A stretch of DNA of 58,501 nucleotides, taken from contig JAICYF010000001.1 in the NCBI GenBank assembly GCA_025934355.1, forward strand, positions 1 through 58,501, read 5' to 3'. Of the stretch, positions 30,784-41,075 are shown in pieces (positions within the stretch are counted from its first letter, which is position 1; every line of letters begins with the position of its first letter). The notes beneath the pieces were generated by a model. It ran no database searches, had not been told where the DNA came from, and worked only from the letters and a program-made list of their open reading frames with translations. The stretch is from Acidothermaceae bacterium. GTDB taxonomy: Bacteria > Actinomycetota > Actinomycetes > Acidothermales > Acidothermaceae. The position numbers were made by a program, and so were the translations under genes.

Positions 30784-31980
30784 TCAGCCGGAGAGACGCA
30801 CCGGCATCAGCAGGTAGCGGTAGTCGTTGCGCAGGTCTTGCTCATGCGCGGCGCTCTCGGACTCCTTGCCTCCGCGCAGGATCGCCGGCTTGGTCGGCGT
30901 CGTGAACTCCAGCCGCGTTGTCTCGGCGTCGACGGCCTGCAAGCCGTCGAGCAGGTAAGCGGGGTTGAACGCGATCGAGAAGTCCTCAACCGGCGCGTCG
31001 TTACTCTCGAACAGCGAGTCGAGCGACTCCGACGCTTGGGCGTCCTCCCCGGTGCCGGCCTCGAGGAGCACCTGGTCGGCCGTGAACGTCAGGCGCACCG
31101 GCGTGTTACGCGGCGCGACCAAGGCCACTCGCTTGACCGCCTCGACGAAAGACGCCGTCTCGACCTGCGCGTACGCGGCGCAGTTGTCGGGCAGCAGCGA
31201 GCGGTACTTCACGTACTCACCGTCGAGCAGCCGAGTGGTGGTGCGGCGCTCGCCGTGCTGGCCCGCGGCGCCCTTGCCAGCGAAGCCGATGAGGCCTTGA
31301 CCAGCGCCGGCGTCGTCACCCGTCGACAACGCGACGCTCACCTGCGCGCCGCCGGTCAAGGCTTTCGCGGTGTCAGCCAGGGTGCGTGCCGGCACCAGTG
31401 CGACCGCGGACATCCCCGCCCGCTCGGGCTGCCAGCGCAGTTCGCGAACCGCAAGACGGTACCGGTCGGTGGCGGCCAATGTCACGCGGTCGTCTTCGAT
31501 TTCGATGCGGACGCCGGTGAGCACCGGAAGCGTGTCGTCGCGGCCGGCAGCAACGGCCACCTGCGACACCGCTGTCGCGAACACGTCGGCGCCAATCGTG
31601 CCGGCGGTCGACGGCATGTCGGGCAAGGTCGGGTAGTCGTCGACGGGCAGCGTCGGCAGCGTGAACCGAGCGCTGCCGCACGACAGGACGACGCGCGCGC
31701 CGTCGACGGTGACGTCAACCGGCTGCGCCGGCAAGCTGCGGCTGATTTCGGCAAGCAGCCGACCGGAGACCAACGCCCGGCCAGGCTCGGCGACGGTCAC
31801 GTCGATCTCGGCGTTGGCTGAGACCTCGTAGTCGAAACTCGACAGCGCCAGCGCGCCACCAGTGCTGCCGGCCTCGAGCAGCAGGCCCGCGAGCACGGGC
31901 ACCGGCGGCCGCTGCGGCAGGGTGCGAGCGGCCCAGGCGACCGCCTCGGCGAAGACGTCTCGCTCAACCTGGAACTTCAT
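30784..31980 (-). CDS. dnaN: DNA polymerase III beta sliding clamp
   Basis: It starts MKFQVERDVFAEAVAWAART. The length is consistent with three domains, with a Gly/Ala-rich insertion. It lies directly downstream of dnaA/oriC. Confidence 0.95.
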   Translation of the reverse strand: MKFQVERDVFAEAVAWAARTLPQRPPVPVLAGLLLEAGSTGGALALSSFDYEVSANAEIDVTVAEPGRALVSGRLLAEISRSLPAQPVDVTVDGARVVLSCGSARFTLPTLPVDDYPTLPDMPSTAGTIGADVFATAVSQVAVAAGRDDTLPVLTGVRIEIEDDRVTLAATDRYRLAVRELRWQPERAGMSAVALVPARTLADTAKALTGGAQVSVALSTGDDAGAGQGLIGFAGKGAAGQHGERRTTTRLLDGEYVKYRSLLPDNCAAYAQVETASFVEAVKRVALVAPRNTPVRLTFTADQVLLEAGTGEDAQASESLDSLFESNDAPVEDFSIAFNPAYLLDGLQAVDAETTRLEFTTPTKPAILRGGKESESAAHEQDLRNDYRYLLMPVRLSG

Positions 31981-32400
31981 GCGTGACCACCCGCCTGCTG
32001 GGAATTGCTGAACGCGGAGCTCAAGTTTGCGTGGAGTCTCAAGGTTGGAGGGCGACCTGTCGAAGTTCGGCTTACGTCTTGTGTCATGTCTGATCCATAT
32101 CTCAAGGACGTCGTCATAAGCGCGGTGGATTCTGGGGAAACCTCGCGTTTACGCAGGTCAGACGGCTGATGAAGCCGACCCTAGCTGTGGACGAACGCCT
32201 CGCGGAGCTGACTTTCCTGGGGACGGCGCTCATCGTAGCGACCGGCGACCACAGTTCATCCAGCGTTCCTTGCTGGGTTCCCACCGGTTTGCCAAGGCGG
32301 TCCACAAGGTTGTCCCCAGCCTGTGCACAGTGGCCAGCAAGGACTAGTGCGCCAGCCTCTTTTGTCACAGCTGACACGCAAGCGAGCGCAGGCACCGCGG
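31981..32400. other. oriC (dnaA-dnaN intergenic replication origin)
   Basis: DnaA-box matches to TTGTCCACA are: TGTGGACGA at 32186..32194 (8/9, inverted), CGGTCCACA at 32298..32306 (7/9), TTGTCCCCA at 32310..32318 (8/9) and TGTGCACAG at 32322..32330. Weaker boxes are also present. An A/T-richer stretch lies at about 32067..32105. Confidence 0.8.
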
Positions 32401-33918
32401 TTACCGCGCCTGCGACTTGATGCGGTTGGTCAGCTCCGTGACCTGGTTGTAGACGGCGCGTCGTCCGGCCATGAGCGAGCGGATCTTGCGGTCGGCGTGC
32501 ATCACGGTGGTGTGGTCGCGGCCGCCGAAGTGCTGCCCGATCTTGGGCAGCGACAAGTCGGTGAGCTCGCGGCACAGGTACATCGCCACCTGGCGGGCAG
32601 TGACAAGCGCCCGGCTGCGCGACGAGCCGCACAGATCCTCCAGCGAGATGCCGAAGTACGAGGCGGTCGCGGCCATGATGGTCGCGGCGGTGATCTCAGG
32701 CCCTTGGCTGTCGGGGATGAGGTCTTTGAGCACGACCTCGGCGAGCGACAGGTCGACGTCCTGCCGGTTCAAGCTGGCGAACGCCGTGACGCGGATCAGC
32801 GCACCCTCGAGCTCGCGGATGTTGCTCGCGATTTTGCTGGCGATGTATTCCATGACGTCGTTGGGTACGTTAAGTCGCTCTTGGGCGGCTTTCTTGCGCA
32901 AAATTGCGATACGAGTTTCGAGCTCGGGCGCCTGAACGTCGGTGAGCAGTCCCCACTCGAAGCGGTTGCGCAGCCGGTCTTCCAACGTGACGAGCTGCTT
33001 GGGCGGACGGTCGCTGGAGATGACGATCTGCTTGTTCGCGTTATGCAGGGTGTTGAAGGTGTGGAAAAACTCTTCCTGGGTTTGCTCTTTGTTCTCCAAG
33101 AATTGGATGTCGTCGACGAGCAGCACGTCGACGTCGCGATAACGCCGGCGGAATCCCTCGGCCTTGCCGTCGCGAATCGAGTTGATGAAGTCGTTGGTGA
33201 ACTCCTCCGAGCTCACGTAACGCACCCGAGCGCCGTGGAAAAGACTCATCGCGTAATGGCCGATGGCGTGCAAGAGGTGTGTCTTGCCAAGACCTGACTC
33301 GCCGTAAATGAAGAGCGGGTTGTACGCCTTGGCCGGCGCTTCGGCCACGGCGACGGCGGCGGCGTGTGCGAATCGGTTGCTCGCCCCGATGACGAACGTC
33401 TCGAAGGTGTACTTCGGATTCAGCCGGGCCGGCTCCACGTCACGTCGTCCGCCGACTTCCCGGCCGGTGCCTAGCTGGGAGCGCGCCGGTTGGCTCGGGC
33501 GGACCGGCACGTCGCGCACGTCGCGCTCGTCACGAAGGTCGCGGACGTCGGGCCCGGTGTCGGTCGCGTGCGGTTCCTCGCCGACGGCGTCCGGCTCCAA
33601 GTCCGCCTCTGGGCTGGCTGGCGGCGGCTCTGTTGGCGGCTCGACCGTGACGGCCACCCTGGTCTCCCGGCCGAGCTCCGCGGCGAGGGCGGCGGCCAGC
33701 GCCGGACGAAGCCGGGTCTCGAGCACGTCTTTCGCGAACTCGTGCGGCGCGGCCAGCAGCACGGTGTCCTCGACGACGGCGAGTGGGCGGATCAGCGCGA
33801 TCCAAGCCTGAAACTGGGCGGAGAGTTCACCTTGATCGGCAAGCCGGCGGGCGGTGCGCTCCCACAGTTGGGCAAGTTCGGCGCCATCGCGGCCGGGGGT
33901 GTCTAGCGGGGCAGACAC
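32401..33918 (-). CDS. dnaA: Chromosomal replication initiator DnaA
   Basis: Walker A is [11 protein letters not shown] and Walker B is LLVDDIQFL. The C-terminal DNA-binding region is [32 protein letters not shown]. Confidence 0.97.
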   Translation of the reverse strand: MSAPLDTPGRDGAELAQLWERTARRLADQGELSAQFQAWIALIRPLAVVEDTVLLAAPHEFAKDVLETRLRPALAAALAAELGRETRVAVTVEPPTEPPPASPEADLEPDAVGEEPHATDTGPDVRDLRDERDVRDVPVRPSQPARSQLGTGREVGGRRDVEPARLNPKYTFETFVIGASNRFAHAAAVAVAEAPAKAYNPLFIYGESGLGKTHLLHAIGHYAMSLFHGARVRYVSSEEFTNDFINSIRDGKAEGFRRRYRDVDVLLVDDIQFLENKEQTQEEFFHTFNTLHNANKQIVISSDRPPKQLVTLEDRLRNRFEWGLLTDVQAPELETRIAILRKKAAQERLNVPNDVMEYIASKIASNIRELEGALIRVTAFASLNRQDVDLSLAEVVLKDLIPDSQGPEITAATIMAATASYFGISLEDLCGSSRSRALVTARQVAMYLCRELTDLSLPKIGQHFGGRDHTTVMHADRKIRSLMAGRRAVYNQVTELTNRIKSQAR

Positions 33919-33934
33919 GCGACACCTCTTTCAC

Positions 33935-34066
33935 TCGTCCACACCGTCGTCCACAACCTGTGTACGCAGCGTGGCGGGATTCGCCGCCTGCGTGACGCCA
34001 GCCTTCAAACGTCCGGCCGTGGGACGCTAACAGCGGCACGGCCCGCGCTACAAGGAGTTCTCCACA
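33935..34066. promoter_or_regulatory. DnaA-box cluster in the dnaA promoter region
   Basis: TCGTCCACA occurs at 33935..33943 and 33947..33955, and TTCTCCACA at about 34058..34066. Each matches TTGTCCACA at 8/9 positions. Confidence 0.6.
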
Positions 34067-34305
34067 AGCACCCCCCGACTCGCCGAATTTAGCCCTGCCG
34101 CCGGGTGATCGTGAGGGGAAGTCAGGCACTCCCGGGGTACTCGCGGGCCGGTTTGACCGTGCCTGCGTCGCCCACGTACCGTGGTAGGTCCTTATGACCT
34201 GACGTTGGTGGTCTGGGCTGTCGACTCGTTGTCGCTGCGCAGCATCGCCCACGTCGCTAGCCAGCCGCCGAACTTCTCGAGCCCGACCTCCCCTGGAGCC
34301 CTCCC

Positions 34306-34443
34306 GTGAGCAAGCGCACGTTCCAGCCGAACAATCGCCGCCGCGCGAAGACGCATGGTTTCCGGCTGCGCATGCGCACCCGCGCCGGGCGCGCCATCCT
34401 CGCGGCACGCCGCCGCAAGGGTCGCCAGGCGCTGTCCGCCTGA
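34306..34443 (+). CDS. rpmH: 50S ribosomal protein L34 (45 aa; not in ORF track)
   Basis: GTG 34306 lies 7 nt after GGAG. The translation is [45 protein letters not shown]. Confidence 0.95.
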   Translation: MSKRTFQPNNRRRAKTHGFRLRMRTRAGRAILAARRRKGRQALSA

Positions 34444-34461
34444 TCCGACGCGGACTCACTC

Positions 34462-34821
34462 GTGTTGCCCGCGCCATCCCGGCTGCGGCGACGTCCGGAT
34501 TTCGCCGCGGCGGTCCGGAACGGCCGTCGAGTCGGTCGCGCGCGCCTCATCGTCCACCTCGACGTGCATAGCCCAAGCTCGGACGACGCCGGCGCGCTGC
34601 CGCGTGCCGGTTTTGTTGTGGGCCGCGCCGTCGGTGACGCGGTGACGCGAAACCGGGTCAAGCGGCAACTGCGGCACGTCGTCCGGGATCGACTCGCGGC
34701 GCTGCCCGGGGGCGCGCGACTCGTGGTGCGGGCCTTGCCGGCCGCCGCGGACGCGACGTCGTCCGAGCTCGCCCGCGACCTCGATTCTGCGCTGACCCGC
34801 GCACTGCGTCGGGCGTCATGA
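34462..34821 (+). CDS. rnpA: Ribonuclease P protein component
   Basis: The RNR motif region is [23 protein letters not shown]. It follows rpmH directly. Confidence 0.9.
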   Translation: MLPAPSRLRRRPDFAAAVRNGRRVGRARLIVHLDVHSPSSDDAGALPRAGFVVGRAVGDAVTRNRVKRQLRHVVRDRLAALPGGARLVVRALPAAADATSSELARDLDSALTRALRRAS

Positions 34822-35111
34822 CGAGCCGAGTCCTTCTGACACTGATCGCGGGGTACCGCCGGTTTGTCAGCCCGTTGCTCGGGCCGCGCTGCCGGTTCTA
34901 TCCCAGCTGCAGCGAGTACGCGGCCGTGGCGATCGCACGACATGGCGCATTGCGGGGTTCTTGGCTCGGCGTCCGGCGGATCGCGCGGTGCCACCCCTGG
35001 AACCCGGGGGGCGTCGATCCCGTTCCGCCGAAGGGTGACCAACCGTCGGTTGGCGCCAGCGCGGCGAAGCCGACCGGCATGACAGGGGCGACAGGAGCGA
35101 CCGGGTGCTGA
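34818..35111 (+). CDS. yidD: Membrane protein insertion efficiency factor YidD
   Basis: Motifs are [23 protein letters not shown] and [13 protein letters not shown]. Confidence 0.9.
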   Translation: MTSRVLLTLIAGYRRFVSPLLGPRCRFYPSCSEYAAVAIARHGALRGSWLGVRRIARCHPWNPGGVDPVPPKGDQPSVGASAAKPTGMTGATGATGC

Positions 35112-36154
35112 ACTGGCTGTACGACATCGTCACCAGGGTTGTCCTGGCACTGCATAGCGCGCTCGCGCCGCTGTTCGGCGACGGCAGCGGCGTCACCTGG
35201 GGACTTTCAGTCTTTTTCCTGACGATCCTGGTCCGGATCCTGCTCTTCCCACTGTTCGTCAAGCAGATCAAGTCGCAGCGCGCGATGTCCGAGCTCGCGC
35301 CCAAGATCAAAGAGCTGCAGACCAAGCACAAGAACGACCGCGAGCGCCTCGGGCAGGAAACGATGGCGCTGTACAAGGAGCACGGCGTCAACCCGCTCAT
35401 GGGTTGCCTGCCGCTGGTCTTGCAGGCGCCGGTTTTCTACGCGTTGTTCCACGTCCTGCGCTACATCTCCAACCACGGCGGCGCCGGCGCGAACCCAAGC
35501 GGATTTAAGCCGGAGTACGGCTGGACCGTCGATCTGCTGCACAGCGCCGGGCACGCGCACGTGTTCGGTGTCCCGCTTGCCCTTGGTTTCCGGACGGCGA
35601 GCAAGGCCCCCCTGTTCGATGCCAGCGCATCGACGGTCAAGATCGTCACCGTGGTCGCCATCATCGTGATGGCCTCGACCACGTTTCTCACCCAGCGTCA
35701 ACTGATGGCGCGAAACGCGAAGTCCGGCACGCCGATGCAACAGCAGCAAAAGATGCTGTTGTATGTGCTGCCGCCGCTGTTCGCCTTGTTCGGTTTGAAC
35801 TTCCAGATGGGCGTGCTCATCTACTGGGTCACCAGCAACGTGTGGTCGCTCGGCCAGCAGCACTTCGTCATCAAGGCGATGCCGATCGTGCAAAGCCAAG
35901 GTGGCACCACCGGTGGCGGGAGCAGTGGTGGCGGGAGCGGTGGCGGTGGCGGTGGCGTTGGTGGCGGTGGCGGTGGCGGTGGCGTTGGTGGCGGGAGCGG
36001 CGGCGGTGGCGTGCTCGGTGGGCTGGGCAAGCGCGGCAAGAAAGAGGCGCCGCCCCCACCCCCTCCAGTGGTGATCCGGCGTCAGCAGGTCACTCGACCG
36101 CCGAAGAGCAAGCGCGACGGCCGTCGACCACAGCGTCCTGGCAGCCCCCGCTGA
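35105..36154 (+). CDS. yidC: Membrane protein insertase YidC
   Basis: The five-TM Oxa1-type core includes [24 protein letters not shown] and [17 protein letters not shown]. The C-terminal tail is Gly-rich and then basic. Confidence 0.9.
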   Translation: MLNWLYDIVTRVVLALHSALAPLFGDGSGVTWGLSVFFLTILVRILLFPLFVKQIKSQRAMSELAPKIKELQTKHKNDRERLGQETMALYKEHGVNPLMGCLPLVLQAPVFYALFHVLRYISNHGGAGANPSGFKPEYGWTVDLLHSAGHAHVFGVPLALGFRTASKAPLFDASASTVKIVTVVAIIVMASTTFLTQRQLMARNAKSGTPMQQQQKMLLYVLPPLFALFGLNFQMGVLIYWVTSNVWSLGQQHFVIKAMPIVQSQGGTTGGGSSGGGSGGGGGGVGGGGGGGGVGGGSGGGGVLGGLGKRGKKEAPPPPPPVVIRRQQVTRPPKSKRDGRRPQRPGSPR

Positions 36155-36253
36155 CCGAACCCGCGGCGGGGCGACGGCCGCACCCAGCGGCGTGACCTGA
36201 CGCCGCATACCACGGATGTCCAGAATCACTTCGTATCTCACGGGAGGCGCACG

Positions 36254-37036
36254 GTGGCAAACGCGACCGATGACCCCATCAACGCCGGGTTGGCGGACGA
36301 CGTCCCATCCGGCGCTGACGCTCAGGTCGAGGCTCACCTTGACGTCGAGGCTCATGCGGTCGCGGGCGGCATCGAACAGTCCGGCGAGCCAGCCGACGCC
36401 GAGCGGTTCGACGGCGAGCAGGCCGACGGCGAGCCGACCGACACCGACAGCGTCTCCGACGCCGGCGGCGCGGCTGAGTCGGGTGGCCCCGACCTGCTCG
36501 AGCGCGAGGGCGAGGCGGCCGCCGACTATCTCGAAGGCCTACTCGACATAATCGACGTCGATGGCGATATCGATATGGACGTCGATGGCGACCGCGCCGT
36601 CGTCGCGATCATCGGAGACCACCTGCGGCAACTCGTCGGGCAAGGCGGTTCAGTGCTCGACGCCTTGCAGGAACTGACCCGGTTGGCGGTCGCTCGCGAG
36701 ACCGGTGTGCGAAGTCGGTTGATGCTCGACATCGCCGGCTATCGGGCTCGTCGGCGCGCGGAGTTGACGAAGATCGGCACCCAGGCGGCTGAAAAGGCGC
36801 TCGCGAGCGGCGAGTCGGTCGCGCTGAACCCGATGTCCGCGTTCGAACGCAAGGTCGTGCACGACGCGGTTGCCACCGCTGGCTTGCGCAGCGAGTCCGA
36901 GGGCGTTGAGCCGGCGCGGTACGTCGTGGTGTTGCCGACCCGGCGTGGCGCGGCTGACGCCGAGACCCCGTCGGCCGTCGTCGCAGACAGCGCGCACGAG
37001 GCTGATGGCGCCGCCGACCTGGAGTCACAGGAGTAG
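36254..37036 (+). CDS. jag: Jag/KhpB-type KH + R3H RNA-binding protein
   Basis: GTG lies 6 nt after GGGAGG. An acidic N-terminus is followed by a KH-like region (VVAIIGDHLRQLVGQGGSVLDALQ) and an R3H region (ERKVVHDAV). Confidence 0.85.
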   Translation: MANATDDPINAGLADDVPSGADAQVEAHLDVEAHAVAGGIEQSGEPADAERFDGEQADGEPTDTDSVSDAGGAAESGGPDLLEREGEAAADYLEGLLDIIDVDGDIDMDVDGDRAVVAIIGDHLRQLVGQGGSVLDALQELTRLAVARETGVRSRLMLDIAGYRARRRAELTKIGTQAAEKALASGESVALNPMSAFERKVVHDAVATAGLRSESEGVEPARYVVVLPTRRGAADAETPSAVVADSAHEADGAADLESQE

Positions 37037-37062
37037 CCGCGACCGGCGCTCTTGAGTCGGCC

Positions 37063-37851
37063 GTGACCGCTCTCGATCTGCCGGCGCCGCCACCGCTCGC
37101 GGCGGCGGTCTTCGGCGAGCGGCTGTCGCTGGCGACGCGTTACGCCTCCTGGCTGGCCGGGGCTGGCGTGGAGCGCGGGCTGGTCGGTCCCCGTGAGACC
37201 GGGCGGTTGTGGGACCGTCACCTGCTGAACTGCGCCGCGATCGGCGCGCTTGTCGGTCCAGCTATGACGGTGGTCGACGTCGGCTCTGGTGCGGGGCTGC
37301 CCGGGCTGCCGCTTGCGATCGCGCGTCCGGATCTTCGGGTCGTGCTCGTCGAGAGCATGCTGCGCAGAACCACGTTTCTGTCCCAGGTCGTGGCTGACCT
37401 TGGATTGGCCGGTGTTTCGGTGCATAGGGCGCGGGCCGAGGAATTGGCCGCGGCGCAGACTCAGCGCGGATCAGGCCCGCAATTGCCGCTGGCGGACGTC
37501 GTCACCGCGCGCGCGGTGGCGCCGATCGACAAGCTCAGCCGCTGGGCGATGCCGCTGACCCAACAGCGCGGCGTCGTCCTGGCACTGAAGGGCGCGGGCG
37601 CGGCCGACGAGGTGTCTGCCGCGTGGCCGTCGTTGCGTGGTTTGGGCGTTGCTCACGCGCGCTTGTTGGCGTTGGCGGCAGATGCCGCGCGGCCGTCGTC
37701 CGACGTCGAAATCCAGGTGGAAGAGCTGGCGAGCTGGCCCGATTCGCCCGCGCCTCGAGCGCCGTCCATCCCGGCGCCGTTGGCGCTCGTGGTGGCTCTT
37801 TCGCGGTTTCCCGGGGGCCTCTCCGGCAGGACCGGGATTGGTCTAGGCTGA
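37063..37851 (+). CDS. rsmG: 16S rRNA (guanine527-N7)-methyltransferase
   Basis: The SAM motif is VVDVGSGAGLPGLPLAI. Its position between jag and parA is conserved. Confidence 0.9.
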   Translation: MTALDLPAPPPLAAAVFGERLSLATRYASWLAGAGVERGLVGPRETGRLWDRHLLNCAAIGALVGPAMTVVDVGSGAGLPGLPLAIARPDLRVVLVESMLRRTTFLSQVVADLGLAGVSVHRARAEELAAAQTQRGSGPQLPLADVVTARAVAPIDKLSRWAMPLTQQRGVVLALKGAGAADEVSAAWPSLRGLGVAHARLLALAADAARPSSDVEIQVEELASWPDSPAPRAPSIPAPLALVVALSRFPGGLSGRTGIGLG

Positions 37852-37908
37852 CGTGCTCGCGATTCGAGAAGAGTGCGGCGACAGCGAGCTAGGGACGGAG
37901 GAGTCACC

Positions 37909-38904
37909 ATGAACGACCCAACCTCCGGCCCGCACGTTTCACGTGAAACATCGAGCGGATCGGACGCCGGCGTGGATGTTTCACGTGAAACCACGCCCCT
38001 GACGAGCCCGGACGACGAGACACCGATCGCAACGGCCGCAGCAACCGCCGTGCGCGTGATGGGCCGCTTTGGCGACTCGCTCCCCCGGCCGCGCCGCCGC
38101 CGCTTCATGACGGTGGCGAACCAAAAAGGCGGCGTCGGGAAGACGACGACCGCAGTCAACATCGCCGCAGCGATGGCGATGCACGGGTTACGAGTGCTGG
38201 TCGTCGACCTTGACCCGCAAGGGAATGCCTCCACAGCGCTTGGCGTCGAGCACCATGCCGAGGTCCCGTCTGTGTACGACCTGCTGATTGAAGGTAAGAG
38301 CCTCGGCGACGTCGCCGTGCCGGTACCCGAGATCTCCGGGCTGTGGTGCGTGCCTGCGACGATCGACCTCGCCGGCGCCGAAATCGAGTTGGTGTCGCTC
38401 GTGGCACGCGAGTCGCGGCTGCAGCGAGCGCTGGCTGACGTGGGAAGCCTCGCCGACGGCGGGATCGACTACGTGCTCATTGACTGCCCACCCTCGTTAG
38501 GGCTGCTCACCGTCAACGCGCTTGTCGCCGCCGAGGAAGTGCTGATCCCGATCCAGTGCGAGTACTACGCGCTCGAAGGCCTCGGCCAACTGCTGCGCAA
38601 CATCGAACTGGTGAAGTCGCACCTGAACCCCGGCCTTCATGTGTCCACGATCCTGCTCACGATGTACGACGCGCGCACTCGGCTGGCCTCGCAGGTCGCG
38701 GACGACGTGCGCGAGCACTTTGGCGAGACCGTCTTGCGCACGGTCATCCCGCGCAGTGTGCGGGTGTCGGAGGCGCCGAGCTACGGTCAGACCGTGATGA
38801 CCTACGACCCGGCGTCGCCAGGTGCGCTGTGTTATCTCGACGCCGCGCGGGAGATCGCCGCGCGGGGCGCTGGTGAGCAAACGCAGGAGGCTAAGTCGTG
38901 GTGA
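37909..38904 (+). CDS. parA: Chromosome partitioning ATPase ParA
   Basis: The deviant Walker A is [15 protein letters not shown]. The best start is ATG 37909 (GGAGGAG, 5-nt spacer). Alternatives are ATG 38059 and ATG 38107; the latter would give a Soj-like short N-terminus. Confidence 0.9.
   Translation: MNDPTSGPHVSRETSSGSDAGVDVSRETTPLTSPDDETPIATAAATAVRVMGRFGDSLPRPRRRRFMTVANQKGGVGKTTTAVNIAAAMAMHGLRVLVVDLDPQGNASTALGVEHHAEVPSVYDLLIEGKSLGDVAVPVPEISGLWCVPATIDLAGAEIELVSLVARESRLQRALADVGSLADGGIDYVLIDCPPSLGLLTVNALVAAEEVLIPIQCEYYALEGLGQLLRNIELVKSHLNPGLHVSTILLTMYDARTRLASQVADDVREHFGETVLRTVIPRSVRVSEAPSYGQTVMTYDPASPGALCYLDAAREIAARGAGEQTQEAKSW
37936..37949. promoter_or_regulatory. parS site 1
   Basis: Perfect palindrome GTTTCACGTGAAAC, the core of the consensus tGTTTCACGTGAAACa. 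Confidence 0.9.
37978..37991. promoter_or_regulatory. parS site 2
   Basis: Perfect palindrome GTTTCACGTGAAAC, flanked as TGTTTCACGTGAAACC. Confidence 0.9.
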
Positions 38905-39956
38905 ACACCCGTCGTGGCGGCCTGGGCCGCGGCCTCGGCGCGCTGATCCCGACCGCGCCGGTCACCGCCCCGTCCACTCCCGCGCCGAGTTCGCCGACCG
39001 ACGCAGCGGCCGCCGGCGCGCCGGTTACCGGCGCCGTCGCGCAACCGTGGCCAGCCGCCGACGCGGTTGCGGCCGGCCCGCTGGCCGGACCGACGGGCGA
39101 GATGGTGCCGGTGCCCGGCGCTCGGTTCGCCGAGCTCGCCGTCAGCGACATCCGGCCGAATCCGAAGCAGCCGCGGCAGGTCTTCGATGAGGTGGCGCTG
39201 GCTGAGCTGGCGCACTCGCTGCGCGAAGTCGGATTCCTGCAGCCCGTCGTCGTCCGAGAAGTGCCATCCGGCGAAGATGCGGGCACCCCGTACGAGCTGG
39301 TCATGGGGGAGCGTCGCTGGCGGGCCGCGCAGCAAGCCGGCCTCGACCGCATTCCGGCGATCGTCCGAGAGACTGGCGACGACGCTCTGCTGCGCGACGC
39401 CTTGCTGGAGAACCTGCATCGCGAGCAGCTCAATCCGCTCGAAGAAGGCGCCGCGTACGCGCAACTTCTCGAGGAGTTCGGCGCCACCCACGACGAGTTG
39501 GCGAAGCGCATCGGGCGCTCGCGCTCGCAGGTCACCAACACCATCCGGCTGCTGCACCTGCCGTCGAGCGTGCAACTGAAGGTCGCGGCGGGCGTGCTGT
39601 CGGCCGGTCACGCGCGCGCCTTGCTCAGCCTCGACGACGTTGACGCGCAGGAGCGGCTGGCACAGCGGATCATCGCCGAGGGATTGTCCGTGCGCGCCGT
39701 CGAGGAGCTCGTCGCGGTCGGCGATGATGGCGGACCGAAGAAGCGGTCGTCGCGACCGTCGCGGCACCGGGCGCCGGCCCTGGACGATCTGGCGGCTGGC
39801 CTGTCCGACCAGTTCGAGACGAGGGTGAAGGTCGAACTTGGCCGTAGCAAAGGGAAAATCATCATCGAGTTCGCGACGATCGACGACCTTGAGCGGATTG
39901 TCGCGACGATGGCGCCTGAGCTGTCACCACAGGCCCGGGCTGCGGCCGGAACCTAG
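38898..39956 (+). CDS. parB: Chromosome partitioning protein ParB
   Basis: GTG lies 7 nt after AGGAGG. It starts [13 protein letters not shown]. The ParB box is GERRWRAA...[14 protein letters not shown], and the HTH is [20 protein letters not shown]. Confidence 0.93.
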   Translation: MVNTRRGGLGRGLGALIPTAPVTAPSTPAPSSPTDAAAAGAPVTGAVAQPWPAADAVAAGPLAGPTGEMVPVPGARFAELAVSDIRPNPKQPRQVFDEVALAELAHSLREVGFLQPVVVREVPSGEDAGTPYELVMGERRWRAAQQAGLDRIPAIVRETGDDALLRDALLENLHREQLNPLEEGAAYAQLLEEFGATHDELAKRIGRSRSQVTNTIRLLHLPSSVQLKVAAGVLSAGHARALLSLDDVDAQERLAQRIIAEGLSVRAVEELVAVGDDGGPKKRSSRPSRHRAPALDDLAAGLSDQFETRVKVELGRSKGKIIIEFATIDDLERIVATMAPELSPQARAAAGT

Positions 39957-40004
39957 CGCTGCGGCCCTAAACGAGCGCTCCGCGCAAGCTCGGCGGACCG
40001 ACTC

Positions 40005-40979
40005 CTAGGCCGGCGCCCCGGGCGCCGACATCCCCCGCGTAGCGGCATGCTGCAACAGATCTCGGCACAGCGCGCCGAGGTCGATGTCGGCCGCCGCTGC
40101 CGCCAGCGGCAACAAACTGGTGGCCGTCATGCCGGGAGACACGTTCGTCTCGAGGTACTCGATCTCGCCATCGGCAGTGACGATGAGGTCGGTGCGCGAG
40201 AGGTCGCGCAGGCCGAGCACCCGGTGGGCGGTGACCGCGACCTCGGCAACCTTCGTGGCGACCGACGCGTCGAGCCGCGCGGGCGCGTGGTACTCGGTCA
40301 TGCCGGCCGTGTAGCGGGCCGCGTAGTCGAACGCGCCGCTGACCGGCTCGATCTCGACGGCGGGCAGTGCGACCGGTCCGTCCCCGGTGTCGACGACACT
40401 GACCGCGAGCTCGGTGCCCGCGACGCACTGCTCGAGCAACGCCACGGTGTCGTAGGAGTAGCAACCAACCATCGCCTGCGGCAGCTCGCTCGCGTCGCGG
40501 ACGACGGAAACGCCAAGCGCCGACCCGCCGCGCACGGGCTTGACGACCAGCGGCAGCCCTAGCCGACCGACCACCCGGTCGAGCAGGACCGGGCCGCCGA
40601 GGTCGCGGAATGCGGCGTGCTGCAAGGCCACGGACGCCGGTGTGCTGATGCCAGCCCGAGCGACGATCGCCTTGGCCGTGGCTTTGTCGAACGCCAACCG
40701 GGCGGCGGCGCCGGTTGCGCCGACGTACGGCACGCCGCTCAGGTCGAGCGCGTCGCGCAGCGCGCCGTCCTCGCCCTCGATGCCGTGGACGGCGACGAAC
40801 ACCGCGGACGGCGGCTCGCTGACCAGCCGGGGCAACAAGTGGGCGTCGACGTCAACCAGCTCGACGTCGACGCCAAGGTTGCGCAGCGCCTCGGCGACCC
40901 GTCGTCCGGAAGCCAGTGAGACCTCCCGCTCGAACGAGACGCCACCAGCGAGCACCAGCACGTGGCCGAGGTCACTCAT
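40005..40979 (-). CDS. ddl: D-alanine--D-alanine ligase
   Basis: Motifs are VHGIEGEDGALRDALD, VKPVRGGSALGVS and ETNVSPGMTATS (ATP-grasp family). Confidence 0.9.
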   Translation of the reverse strand: MSDLGHVLVLAGGVSFEREVSLASGRRVAEALRNLGVDVELVDVDAHLLPRLVSEPPSAVFVAVHGIEGEDGALRDALDLSGVPYVGATGAAARLAFDKATAKAIVARAGISTPASVALQHAAFRDLGGPVLLDRVVGRLGLPLVVKPVRGGSALGVSVVRDASELPQAMVGCYSYDTVALLEQCVAGTELAVSVVDTGDGPVALPAVEIEPVSGAFDYAARYTAGMTEYHAPARLDASVATKVAEVAVTAHRVLGLRDLSRTDLIVTADGEIEYLETNVSPGMTATSLLPLAAAAADIDLGALCRDLLQHAATRGMSAPGAPA

Positions 40980-41075
40980 GAGCGGCTCCCGAGGTGAGCA
41001 TCGCAGCGAAGCGTGGGCGCGGGGCGCGAAGGCGCCATTTGGCGCAGCGGAGGGTGCCGCGGGAAGCGGGGTCGC

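Noticed and set aside
35905-36015. A GGT/GGC-rich repetitive DNA stretch in yidC that encodes the poly-Gly tail ([32 protein letters not shown]).
   Set aside because: It is low-complexity coding sequence in frame with YidC, followed by the usual basic C-terminus. The antisense Pro-rich ORFs are shadows. It is not an independent element.
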